64,000 bases of DNA from NCBI GenBank assembly GCA_049967655.1, contig JBMFSH010000008.1, positions 39,268 to 103,267 on the forward strand, given 5' to 3'. Source of the DNA: Acidobacteriota bacterium (GTDB lineage Bacteria; Acidobacteriota; UBA4820; DSQY01). The notes below the pieces were generated by a model that saw only the letters and a list, made by a program, of their open reading frames with translations, was not told where the DNA came from and searched no databases. A program made the position numbers and the translations under genes. Shown piece after piece: positions 47,416 to 56,320 of the stretch; within the stretch, counting starts at the first letter, position 1; each line of letters begins with the position of its first letter.

Positions 47416-48846
47416 TCAGCCGATGGCCCGGGGGTGGGTCATGGTGCGCGGGTCGAGGATTTCGTTGAGCTTGGCCTCCGACAGCAGATTCCGCCGGAGC
47501 ACCAGTTCGCGGACGGGTACGCCGCTGGCCAGCGCCTCTTTCGCCACCTCGCCGGCGGCCTCGTAGCCGATGTAGGGGACCAGGGCGGTCACCACGGTGA
47601 TGCTGCGCTCCACCAGGACCTTGCAGCGCTCTCGGTTGGCCGCGATGCCTTCGATGCAGCGCTCCCGGAAGGTCTCGGCCGCCCGGGTCAGCATGTGGAT
47701 CGACTGGAAGAGGTTGAGGGCGATGAGCGGCTCGAAGGGGTTGAGCTCCAGCTGGCTGGCCTCGGCGGCCATGGAGACGGCCACGTCGTTGCCGATGACC
47801 TGGAAGGCCACCTCGCTGATCACCTCGGGGATGACGGGGTTGACCTTGCCCGGCATGATGGAGGAGCCGGGCTGCACGGCGGGAAGGTGGATCTCCGCGA
47901 AGCCGGCCCTCGGCCCCGAAGAGAGCAGCCGTAGGTCGTTGGCGATCTTGGAGAGCTGCACGGCGATGCGCTTCAGGATGCCCGAGACCTCCGAGTAGTC
48001 GCCGCTGTCCTGGGTGGCCTCCACGAGGTTGTCGGCGGTCTGAAGGGGAAAGCCGGTGATGGCCCTCAGCTTTTCGCAGACGAGCCCCGCGTAGCGCGGG
48101 TCCGTGTTCAGCCCCGTGCCGATGGCGGTGGCCCCCATGGAGATCTCCTCCATCAGGAACTCGGCCCGTTCGAGCGCATTCCGGCTCTCCCGGATCATGA
48201 CGGCGTAGGCGTCGAACTCCTGCCCCAGCGTCATGGGCACCGCGTCCTGCATTTCCGTCCTCCCCACCTTAAGCACGTCGTCGAACTCGACGCCCTTGGC
48301 CGCAAAGGCGTCGCAGAGGGCGGACAGCGCCCTCTTGAGTCCCTCGAGATCGTACAGGACGGCCACCTTGATGGCCGACGGGACCACGTCGTTGGTGGAC
48401 TGGGACATGTTGACGTGGTCGTTGGGGTGGCAGTGGCGGTAGTCGCCCTTGACCTTCCCGAGCAGCTCCAGCGCGCGGTTGGCGATGACCTCGTTGGCGT
48501 TCATGTTGGTGGAGGTGCCGGCACCCCCCTGCATCATGTCCACCACGAACTGGTCGTGCCATGCCCCTTTGACGATCTCGTCGCAAGCCGCCGCGATGGC
48601 CTCGGCCACCGCCTCCTTCAAAAGACCCAGCTCCATGTTGGCCAGGGCCGCGGCCTTCTTGACCTCCGCCAGCGCCCGGATGAAAGAGGGGAACTGCGCG
48701 AGCGCGAGGCCCGTGAACTGGAAGTTCTCCAGCGCCCGCTGGGTCTGGATGCCGTAGTAGGCGTCGGCGGGCACCCGCAATTCGCCGAGCGAATCCCTTT
48801 CCGTCCGATAAGGCCGGTCGTTCTGTCCGGCCGCCTGGCTGCTCAT
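47416..48846 (-). CDS. aspA: Aspartate ammonia-lyase
   Basis: YYGIQTQRA, QGGAGTSTNMNANEV, GSSIMPGKVNPVIPE, QLELNPFEP. Confidence 0.88.
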   Translation of the reverse strand: MSSQAAGQNDRPYRTERDSLGELRVPADAYYGIQTQRALENFQFTGLALAQFPSFIRALAEVKKAAALANMELGLLKEAVAEAIAAACDEIVKGAWHDQFVVDMMQGGAGTSTNMNANEVIANRALELLGKVKGDYRHCHPNDHVNMSQSTNDVVPSAIKVAVLYDLEGLKRALSALCDAFAAKGVEFDDVLKVGRTEMQDAVPMTLGQEFDAYAVMIRESRNALERAEFLMEEISMGATAIGTGLNTDPRYAGLVCEKLRAITGFPLQTADNLVEATQDSGDYSEVSGILKRIAVQLSKIANDLRLLSSGPRAGFAEIHLPAVQPGSSIMPGKVNPVIPEVISEVAFQVIGNDVAVSMAAEASQLELNPFEPLIALNLFQSIHMLTRAAETFRERCIEGIAANRERCKVLVERSITVVTALVPYIGYEAAGEVAKEALASGVPVRELVLRRNLLSEAKLNEILDPRTMTHPRAIG

Positions 48847-48899
48847 GGATCTCCTCCCTCGGTGGTAAGACATGGCCGACCCCTCGCTCGGGGGCCGGC

Positions 48900-50390
48900 T
48901 CAGAATCCGTAGATCTCCCCGTACTTGGTCTGCAGATAGGAGAGCGCGGGCTGGACGGACAGGGGTCTGCCCGTGACCCGTTCGCAGAGATCGGGCGCGA
49001 GGTATCGGCGTCCGTGAACGTGGATGTGCTCGTTGAGCCAGCGCTTCACGACCCTCAGCTCGCCCGCTTCGAGCCGCCGGTCCAGGTCGGGCAGGTCGCG
49101 CCGCATGGCCTCCATGAACTGGGCACCGAAGAGGTTCCCCAGGGCGTAGGTGGGGAAGTAGCCGATGAGTCCGGCCGACCAGTGGATGTCTTGCAGAACG
49201 CCCTCCCGGTCGCTCGGCGGCTCGATGCCCAGGAAGCTCTTCATCTTGGCGCGCCAGGCCTCGGGCAGATCGGCGGCTTCGAGCTGACGGTGGAGGAGGG
49301 CGCTCTCGAGCTCGAAGCGCAGGATGATGTGCAGGTTGTAGGTGACCTCGTCGGCCTCCACACGGATGAGCGAGGGCTCGCAGACGTTCACGGAGCGGTA
49401 GAAGGTCTCCGCCTCCACGTCGTCCAGCACTCCGGGGAAAGCCGTCCGCAGCTTCGGATAGTAGTGGCTCCAGAAGGGCCTCGACCGGCCGATGAGGTTC
49501 TCCCACAGCCGGGACTGGGACTCGTGTATCCCCAGCGAGCAGGCCTGCCCCGACGGGTCGCGGAAGCGACTGGGATCGAGCCCCTGCTCGTAGAGGGCGT
49601 GGCCCGCCTCGTGGATCATGCCGAAGAGGGCCATGTTCAGGAAGTGCTCGTCGTAGCGCGTGGTGATGCGCACGTCGGCAAAGGTGCCGCTGGTGAAGGG
49701 GTGGGCCGAGCGGTCGAGGCGCCCGGCGGCCCGGTCGAAACCCATGTCTTGAACCACCTGAAGGCCGAAGCGCTCCTGGGCCTGGGCGGGGAAGTGGCGC
49801 TTGAGCACCTCCTGCGTGGGTTTGCGGCTGGCTCCCTGGATCCGGTCGAGCAGCGGGATGAGGCCGTCCCGCAGTTGCGAGAAGACGGTCTTCAGCGCCT
49901 CCTCGGACATCCCCGGCTCGTAGTCTTCGAGGAGGGCGTCGTAGGGGTTGGGCGTCCCGATGGCGGCGGCGGTCTGCCGCGTCAGGTCGAGGACTTGCTC
50001 GAGGTGCGGCCGGAAGCGCGCGAAGTCGGCGGCCTCCTTGGCCTCCTCCCAGGCCACCTGCGCCAGGGCGCAGGCCTTGGCGCGCTCAGCCACCAGATCG
50101 GGGGGAATCTTGACGGCCCGGCTCCAGGCGCGCTCCGCCTCTCGGAGGTCGGCCTGGAGATCCTCATCCAGGTCGTTTTTCGCCTTGAGGCCGGTGATCA
50201 GTTCGCCCATCTCCGGGTCCGTCAGCTTCGAGTGGACGACGCCGGCGAGCGCGGCCTGCTGAAGCCCCCGCTGCTCGGCCCCCTTCCGCGGCATGACCAC
50301 CTGCTGGTCCCAGTCCAGGAGCTGCTGGACCTCGGTGAGGTCGTGAATGAGGCGGCACTTCTCTCTGAAACGATCCACCTTATCGGCCAT
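48900..50390 (-). CDS. M32 carboxypeptidase (Taq family)
   Basis: HPF, DVRITTRY, HEAGH, HESQS, IRVEADE, QDIHW, GYFPTY. Confidence 0.93.
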   Translation of the reverse strand: MADKVDRFREKCRLIHDLTEVQQLLDWDQQVVMPRKGAEQRGLQQAALAGVVHSKLTDPEMGELITGLKAKNDLDEDLQADLREAERAWSRAVKIPPDLVAERAKACALAQVAWEEAKEAADFARFRPHLEQVLDLTRQTAAAIGTPNPYDALLEDYEPGMSEEALKTVFSQLRDGLIPLLDRIQGASRKPTQEVLKRHFPAQAQERFGLQVVQDMGFDRAAGRLDRSAHPFTSGTFADVRITTRYDEHFLNMALFGMIHEAGHALYEQGLDPSRFRDPSGQACSLGIHESQSRLWENLIGRSRPFWSHYYPKLRTAFPGVLDDVEAETFYRSVNVCEPSLIRVEADEVTYNLHIILRFELESALLHRQLEAADLPEAWRAKMKSFLGIEPPSDREGVLQDIHWSAGLIGYFPTYALGNLFGAQFMEAMRRDLPDLDRRLEAGELRVVKRWLNEHIHVHGRRYLAPDLCERVTGRPLSVQPALSYLQTKYGEIYGF

Positions 50391-50468
50391 GGCTTCTCCT
50401 CATCGCTTCTCGCTCGCCGGTTCTCCGGCCCTCCGTGCGGTGTACCCCGGCGCCCTCACCGCCCTCCC

Positions 50469-51896
50469 TCAGTCGGAGAAGGGGTCCCACGGGGGCAGCA
50501 CCACGGGCTTCTGGTCCGCGAGCTTGGCCAGCTCGGGGGGCACGAACCGTCGATTCACGAGCATCTCGAAGACGTGCGCGTCGAACCAGGAGTTGGTGAT
50601 GGTCCAGTACCCCTCCCGGCCGCGTTTGTCACCCCACGAATTCTCGACCTTCCACTTGTCGGGTTTGCCGGCGGTGACGTTCACACCGATGAAGACCATG
50701 CAGTGGTTGGGGGCGTCCTGCAGGTAGGCCAGGGCGTCGGCCTTGTCCATGGAGAAGTCCACGCCGAAAAGGTCGGAATAGTCCTGAATCCCTTCGTCCC
50801 AGAGCCCGGCCGCGTTGTCGCGCTGGACCGAGGAGTTGCAGCAGAACCAGACCGCCTCGTCGGCCAGGATGGACTTCATGGCCATGGTCTTCATCTCGCC
50901 GGTGGTCACGTTCACCGCCTGCATGTCGGGGGCGTCCGCCATGTCCCGGTTCCACGCGAAGCGCAGCGGCACGTGCATGGGCTTCCCCGGGTAGTTCACG
51001 AAGCGCAGGTAGTCGTGCAGGCTCACCCCCACCCACTCCTTGTAGAAGCTCTGCGGCGTGTAGGTGTGAGGCTCAGAGACCTTGTGGTCCTTGTCCTCGT
51101 AGCGCCAGGTGAACTGCCGGGGAGGCTCGCCTAGACAGAGCACGAGGATGCGGTAGACGTCCTTGAGCACCGCCATCTTCTCCTGCCGCAGGCGGGCCAC
51201 GTCGGCCCCCGAGGCGGCCGCCTTGCGGATCGCCACGATCCCCTTGCGCACGCGGGCGTCCAGCAGGTCGTTCATGGCGTCCGTGTGGGAGGCGCTCCAG
51301 GTGTCGGGCATGACGCTCTTGGGCACGAGGCCGTACTTGTCCACGAGGGCCAGAACGTAGTTCCAGTCTCCCCCATCGGGCACGGGGTCCTTGAGGAGGA
51401 GGGCATTCTTGCGGCTGTCCGGCGGCTCATTCCGGAGGGCGATGGCCAGCTCGATGGTGCGGTTGGCCCTCTCCAGCTTGTCGTAGAACTGGGAGTAGGC
51501 CTGGGAGAACTCGAAGTTCTCCAGCTTGTATTTGGCCATCACCGCCGGGCGCAGGACGTTCAGGCCCGCGAAGAGCCAGCAGCGCCCCGTCTGCTCCTGG
51601 TTGGTGATCTTGCCGGCGGCGATCACGTGCGTGAAGAGCGTATCCTGCTGCCTCGCCTTCTGGAGGTCGGTCACCACCTTTTGAAGGTCCGTGGCCGCCA
51701 GCGCGTTCTGGGCCGCCCGCAGAGCGGGCGTCTGGACGAGCGAGCCCTGGATCTCGCCGAGGGCCTTGGCATCCAGCCCAGCCGCGGCGCTGGGCTCCTC
51801 TCCTGGACCGGGGACGTACTGGGCCATGGTCCCGGCGGAGCCCGCCAGAACGAAGGCCCCCGCCAGCATCAGCATCATCGTGCCCTTGAGTCGCAT
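50469..51896 (-). CDS. C1B cysteine aminopeptidase (PepC/bleomycin hydrolase family) with signal peptide
   Basis: NQEQTGRCWLFA, DGGDW, NHCM, KVENSWG, LPPWDP. Confidence 0.9.
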   Translation of the reverse strand: MRLKGTMMLMLAGAFVLAGSAGTMAQYVPGPGEEPSAAAGLDAKALGEIQGSLVQTPALRAAQNALAATDLQKVVTDLQKARQQDTLFTHVIAAGKITNQEQTGRCWLFAGLNVLRPAVMAKYKLENFEFSQAYSQFYDKLERANRTIELAIALRNEPPDSRKNALLLKDPVPDGGDWNYVLALVDKYGLVPKSVMPDTWSASHTDAMNDLLDARVRKGIVAIRKAAASGADVARLRQEKMAVLKDVYRILVLCLGEPPRQFTWRYEDKDHKVSEPHTYTPQSFYKEWVGVSLHDYLRFVNYPGKPMHVPLRFAWNRDMADAPDMQAVNVTTGEMKTMAMKSILADEAVWFCCNSSVQRDNAAGLWDEGIQDYSDLFGVDFSMDKADALAYLQDAPNHCMVFIGVNVTAGKPDKWKVENSWGDKRGREGYWTITNSWFDAHVFEMLVNRRFVPPELAKLADQKPVVLPPWDPFSD

Positions 51897-52068
51897 CTCC
51901 TACCACCTCCCCGCGTACTCGCCGGAACCGCTCCGGGACGGGCCCCGAAGCGGCCCCGCTTCGATAGGGTAGGATACACCGCACCCCGGCGTGCAACCAA
52001 CCCTCCTGCGGGCATACAATGCCTCGCGGGCCCTTTGTACGGCCCATGCCCAAGGTGAAGGAGGCCCC

Positions 52069-54282
52069 ATGACTCGCCTGCGCCGTTGCCTGCCGCTGTT
52101 TCTGTTGGCATCCCTGCTCTTCGGGACGGCCCCCATGGCCGCCCCTCCGCCGGCCGACCTGACCGTGGAGGAGGCCCTGGCCATCGGGGCGGCCTCCCCC
52201 CTGCCGAGCGAGCTCCAGTGGATGCCCGATGGCGGCCGCTTCTGCTACCTCGCCCCCCACGCCTATGGCGAGGCGGCGGACCTCATGAATTACGACATCC
52301 GATCAGGCAAGGCCTCTCCCCTGCTCACCCAGGAGCAGTTCCGCACGGCTTTAGGCCAGGAGAGCGCGCTCTCCAAGGAGAAGCTCGGCGAGGCCAAGTT
52401 CACGAGCTACCAGCTCTCGCACGCGGGCCGCTACCTGCTCCTCGAGAGCAACGAGGGCGACTTCGTCTGGGACCTGTCGGCGCACGCCCTGACGCGCCTG
52501 ACCCAGGCGGGGGAAGGGGCGGAGAACCTGGCCTGGTCCCCCGACGACAGCCGGCTGGCCTATGCCGAAGGGGGGAACCTCTGGGTGGTAGACCGCGCCA
52601 CCGGCGCCAAGAAGATGGTGGCCGAGGGGAAGGCCCCCCTCGTAACCTGCGGGGTTCCGGACTGGCTCTACGGCGAGGAGTTGGACATGACCACGGCCTT
52701 CTGGTGGTCCCCCGACGGCTCCCGCATCGCCTACCTCCGCTTCGACGAGACCGGCGTGCCCACCTATCCGATCATCGACCAGCGGGAGCTTCAGCCGGGC
52801 GTCCGGCACCAGTTCTACCCCAGGCCCGGCCAGACCAATCCCTCCGTGAGCCTGTGGGTGGTGCAGGCCGACGGCGGCCACTCCGCTCCGGTCCCCGGCG
52901 CCGAGTCGGGGCAGGGATACCTCCCGAGGGTCGCCTGGGTTCCCGGCGGAAAGACGCTCACCTATGAGCTGCTGGACCGCGCCCAGCAGAAGCTGGCCCT
53001 CTACGCCGCCTCCCTGGACGGCCCCCCATCGAGGGAGCTCCTCCAGGAGAGCTCCTCCACCTGGGTGAATGTCCTGGAGGCCCCGCGCTTCCTCAAGGAC
53101 GGGAGGCGGTTCCTCTGGCTGAGCGAACGGGACGGCTTCGCCCACATCTATTTATATGATCTCCAGCGGGGGCTCGTCCGCCGGCTCACCAGCGGTCCTT
53201 GGGTGGTGGACCACCTCCTCGCGGTGGACCCCTCGGAGAAGAGGGTCTTCTTCTCCGCCAACAAGGATGAGGCCACCGGGCGCCAGGTCTGCTCGGTGAG
53301 CCTGGACAGCAGGGACCTGAAGACCGTCTCCCGGGGCGAGGGCTGGCACGAGGCGACCTTCTCGCCTTCGGCCGAGGAGTACCTGGACGACTACTCCCGG
53401 GCGGGCGTTCCGGCGAACCTCACCCTCACGAATACCGCCACCGGGCGGCAGAAGGTCGTGGCGGCCGGCCAGACGGGCTTCCTCCAGACCTACGGGTTCG
53501 CAAGGCCCGAGTTCTTGACCCTGCGCGCGGCCGACGGGACCGTCCTCCACGCCGAGGTCATCAAGCCCAGGGATTACGTCCCCGGCCGGCGCTACCCGGC
53601 CGTCGTGGAGGTCTACGGAGGACCGGACTTCCAGATCGTCCAGGACCGCTTCGAGCCCCGCTGGGCCACCATCGACCAGCTCTTCTCCCAGGCCGGCTTC
53701 GTCTACTTCATGCTCGACAACCGCGGCTCCAGCCGTCGCGGGACCGCCTTCGAGGGTGTGCTCCTGGACAGGATGGGCCAGACCGAGCTGGAGGACCAGC
53801 TCGCCGGAGTGCAGGCCTTGAAACAACTCCCCTACGTGGATCCCCAGCGGATCGGCATCTGGGGCTGGAGCTACGGCGGCTTCATGACCCTCTACTCCCT
53901 CACCCACTCGGACGCCTTCCGGTGCGGCGTGTCCGTGGCCCCCGTCACCAACTGGCTCAACTACGACACCTGCTACACGGAGCGCTACCTCAAGCTGCCC
54001 AAGGACGATGAAGCGGGGTACGCAAAGAGCTCGCCCGTTCACGACGCGGCGGACCTCCACGTGCCGCTCCTGATCGCTCAGGGGCTCGTGGACGACAACG
54101 TCCACTTCGGAAACAGCGCTCAGATGGTGAGCGCCCTCTACGCCGCGGCCAAACCCTTCGACATGGCCTACTACCCGGGCATGGACCACGGCATCAAGGG
54201 CCCCGCGGAGAGGAGCGATCTCTTCAAGCGGATCCTCGCCTTCTTCCACCGGCACCTGGAGGAGGCCCCGGCCAGGCCCTGA
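52069..54282 (+). CDS. S9B dipeptidyl-peptidase IV family protein, exported
   Basis: Signal peptide; DWLYGEE, beta-propeller, GWSYGG, DDNVH, H-GI. Confidence 0.92.
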   Translation: MTRLRRCLPLFLLASLLFGTAPMAAPPPADLTVEEALAIGAASPLPSELQWMPDGGRFCYLAPHAYGEAADLMNYDIRSGKASPLLTQEQFRTALGQESALSKEKLGEAKFTSYQLSHAGRYLLLESNEGDFVWDLSAHALTRLTQAGEGAENLAWSPDDSRLAYAEGGNLWVVDRATGAKKMVAEGKAPLVTCGVPDWLYGEELDMTTAFWWSPDGSRIAYLRFDETGVPTYPIIDQRELQPGVRHQFYPRPGQTNPSVSLWVVQADGGHSAPVPGAESGQGYLPRVAWVPGGKTLTYELLDRAQQKLALYAASLDGPPSRELLQESSSTWVNVLEAPRFLKDGRRFLWLSERDGFAHIYLYDLQRGLVRRLTSGPWVVDHLLAVDPSEKRVFFSANKDEATGRQVCSVSLDSRDLKTVSRGEGWHEATFSPSAEEYLDDYSRAGVPANLTLTNTATGRQKVVAAGQTGFLQTYGFARPEFLTLRAADGTVLHAEVIKPRDYVPGRRYPAVVEVYGGPDFQIVQDRFEPRWATIDQLFSQAGFVYFMLDNRGSSRRGTAFEGVLLDRMGQTELEDQLAGVQALKQLPYVDPQRIGIWGWSYGGFMTLYSLTHSDAFRCGVSVAPVTNWLNYDTCYTERYLKLPKDDEAGYAKSSPVHDAADLHVPLLIAQGLVDDNVHFGNSAQMVSALYAAAKPFDMAYYPGMDHGIKGPAERSDLFKRILAFFHRHLEEAPARP

Positions 54283-54303
54283 AGGCGGCCTCGGGGGCGG
54301 CCC

Positions 54304-55119
54304 TCAGCGGAGCGACAGCCCCGCGGCCGACCAGTGGTTCACGGGGCCGTGGCCGCGCCCGAGTCCGGGTGCGGTGCGGACTGCCTCCGTGATGAAGGCC
54401 TTGGCCTCGCTCAGGGCCTCCCGCAGCGGGAGCCCGCGGGCCAGCAGGGCCGTCAGCGCGGCCGAGAAGGTACAGCCGGTGCCGTGGGTGTGGCGATCGG
54501 GGCCGCGGGCTCCCTCCAGGGGCCACCACTCCTTCCCGTCCCAGACGAAGTCCACACAGAGTCCTTGGGGGTTCACCGGGCTGTGCCCCCCTTTCATGAC
54601 CACCACCTCCGGGCCGAGCCCCCGGATGGCTTCGGCCGCCGCTTGGAGATCGCCCTCCGTTGCGATGGAGCGCCCCCAGAGCGCCTCCGCCTCGGGCACG
54701 TTGGGCGTCACCACCCGGGCCAGGGGCAGGAGCTCGCGGACCAAAACCTCCACCGCCTCGGGCGCGATGAGCGGGTCTCCGCTCTTGGCCCTCATGACGG
54801 GGTCGACCACCAGGTTCCGCGGGTGGCGGGCGCGCAGGCGCTCAACCACGGCCGCGATCACGGCCACATCCACCAGCATGCCGGTCTTCAGGGCGTCGGC
54901 TCCGATGTCCTCGAGGCAGCTGTCGATCTGCCGGGCCACCAGTTCGGGCCCCACGGCCGCCCACCCCTGCACGCCTACGGTGTTTTCGGCCACCACGGCC
55001 GTCACCGCCGACATGCCGAAGACTCCGAAGCGGTGAAAGGTCTTCAGGTCCGCTTGGATGCCCGCCCCGCCGCTGCAGTCCGATCCCGCGATCGTGAGAG
55101 CCCTCGCCACCGTCCCCAT
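54304..55119 (-). CDS. thiD: Hydroxymethylpyrimidine/phosphomethylpyrimidine kinase
   Basis: TIAGSDCSGGAGIQADLKT, DPVM, TPNVPEA, KGGH, HGTGCT. Confidence 0.93.
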   Translation of the reverse strand: MGTVARALTIAGSDCSGGAGIQADLKTFHRFGVFGMSAVTAVVAENTVGVQGWAAVGPELVARQIDSCLEDIGADALKTGMLVDVAVIAAVVERLRARHPRNLVVDPVMRAKSGDPLIAPEAVEVLVRELLPLARVVTPNVPEAEALWGRSIATEGDLQAAAEAIRGLGPEVVVMKGGHSPVNPQGLCVDFVWDGKEWWPLEGARGPDRHTHGTGCTFSAALTALLARGLPLREALSEAKAFITEAVRTAPGLGRGHGPVNHWSAAGLSLR

Positions 55120-55184
55120 CCTCTCCTCCTCTTCGTGCGGCGATAGTGTACCTCTCTCGCGCCTCCCCGCGTGCGGGGGGAGAA

Positions 55185-55270
55185 GGACAGGGACAGGGGA
55201 CAAGGGACAGGAAGTGCGCGGTGCGGTGCGGGCCGGCGGCCCTCTCGGCATCTCCTCATCACCTCATCTC
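55185..55270 (+). repeat. Dispersed intergenic element (7-mer and 8-mer units), copy B
   Basis: ggacagg-like heptamers followed by cctcatca-like octamers; related to 38688-38766, 33630-33647 and 10489-10504. Confidence 0.6.
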
Positions 55271-55407
55271 GAACAAGGCTGAGAGCCAGGGAAAGCAAAA
55301 CATCCCTCGTTCGTTCCATTTACAATCCCCACTCCCTTGTCCAAAGCCCCCCGTGGGGGTAAGGTGGGGTGCCGCCCGGCCTCCGCGGGGGCGGAGGAGG
55401 CCCTCTC

Positions 55408-56313
55408 GTGATCGCATCCCGGCTCGGCGAACTGGCCGCACTGCTCACGGCCGTGCTGTGGGCCTTCACCGCCCTCTACTTCACGCTGGCCAGCACCCGG
55501 GTGGGCGCTCTGGCTGTGAACAGGACCCGGCTGGTCTTCGCGGTGCTCCTGCTGGGGGCGACGCACCTTTTCCTCTACGGAACCCTTCTCCCCCTGTCGG
55601 CACCTCTGGAGAGCTGGCTGTGGCTGGGCCTCTCGGGGCTCATCGGCCTGACCCTCGGGGACAGCTTCCTCTTCCAGTCCTACATCGAGCTCGGCCCGCG
55701 AAAGGCCACGCTCATCATGTCCTCCTGGCCCATCTTCTCGGCGCTCATGGGCATGGCCTTCCTGGGGGAGTCCCTCAGCTGGCTGGAGTTTCTGGGCATC
55801 CTCGTAACCCTGGCCGGCATCTCGTGGGTGGTGCTGGAGAGAAGCCCCACGACGGGCCCCGTCAGAATCGGGAGGCTCGGCCGAGGCACGGCCTTCGCAC
55901 TCGGCGGGGCGTTCTGCCAGGCCGCGGGATTGGTGGCGGCCAAGGAGGGCCTGAGGGAGGGCGTGAGCTCTCTCTCGGGGACCCTCATCCGCATGGTCGT
56001 GGCGACCTTGGGAATCCTCATCGTGACCGTGGCCCTCGGCGGCGTGCGGGAGAGCTTCGACAAGCTGAGGGACCGCCGGGCCCTGCTCTATACGGCCTGT
56101 GGCGCCGCCACGGGGCCCTTCGTGGGAGTGTGGCTCTCCCTGTACGCCGTGAGCCACGCCAAGGTGGGGGTGGCGTCGGCGCTCATGGCCCCCGTACCCG
56201 TCCTGCTCCTCCCTTTGGTATGGATCTTCTTCAAGGAACGCATCTCCAGGCGCGCGTTTTGGGGAACCCTGGTGGCCTTTCTGGGGGTGGCCATTCTCCT
56301 TCTGGAAAACTGA
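55408..56313 (+). CDS. DMT/EamA family transporter
   Basis: About 10 TM segments in two EamA repeats; GE and KERIS loop motifs. Confidence 0.85.
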   Translation: MIASRLGELAALLTAVLWAFTALYFTLASTRVGALAVNRTRLVFAVLLLGATHLFLYGTLLPLSAPLESWLWLGLSGLIGLTLGDSFLFQSYIELGPRKATLIMSSWPIFSALMGMAFLGESLSWLEFLGILVTLAGISWVVLERSPTTGPVRIGRLGRGTAFALGGAFCQAAGLVAAKEGLREGVSSLSGTLIRMVVATLGILIVTVALGGVRESFDKLRDRRALLYTACGAATGPFVGVWLSLYAVSHAKVGVASALMAPVPVLLLPLVWIFFKERISRRAFWGTLVAFLGVAILLLEN

Positions 56314-56320
56314 CGGCCCG

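Noticed and set aside
48900..50390. M32 carboxypeptidase as LysK substitute
   Set aside because: It lies 20 kb from the operon among general peptidases, with no evidence of linkage.
55120..55400. TPP riboswitch upstream of thiD
   Set aside because: The only GCTGAGA is on the wrong strand, and the CUGAU/AAU/GCG core elements were not found.
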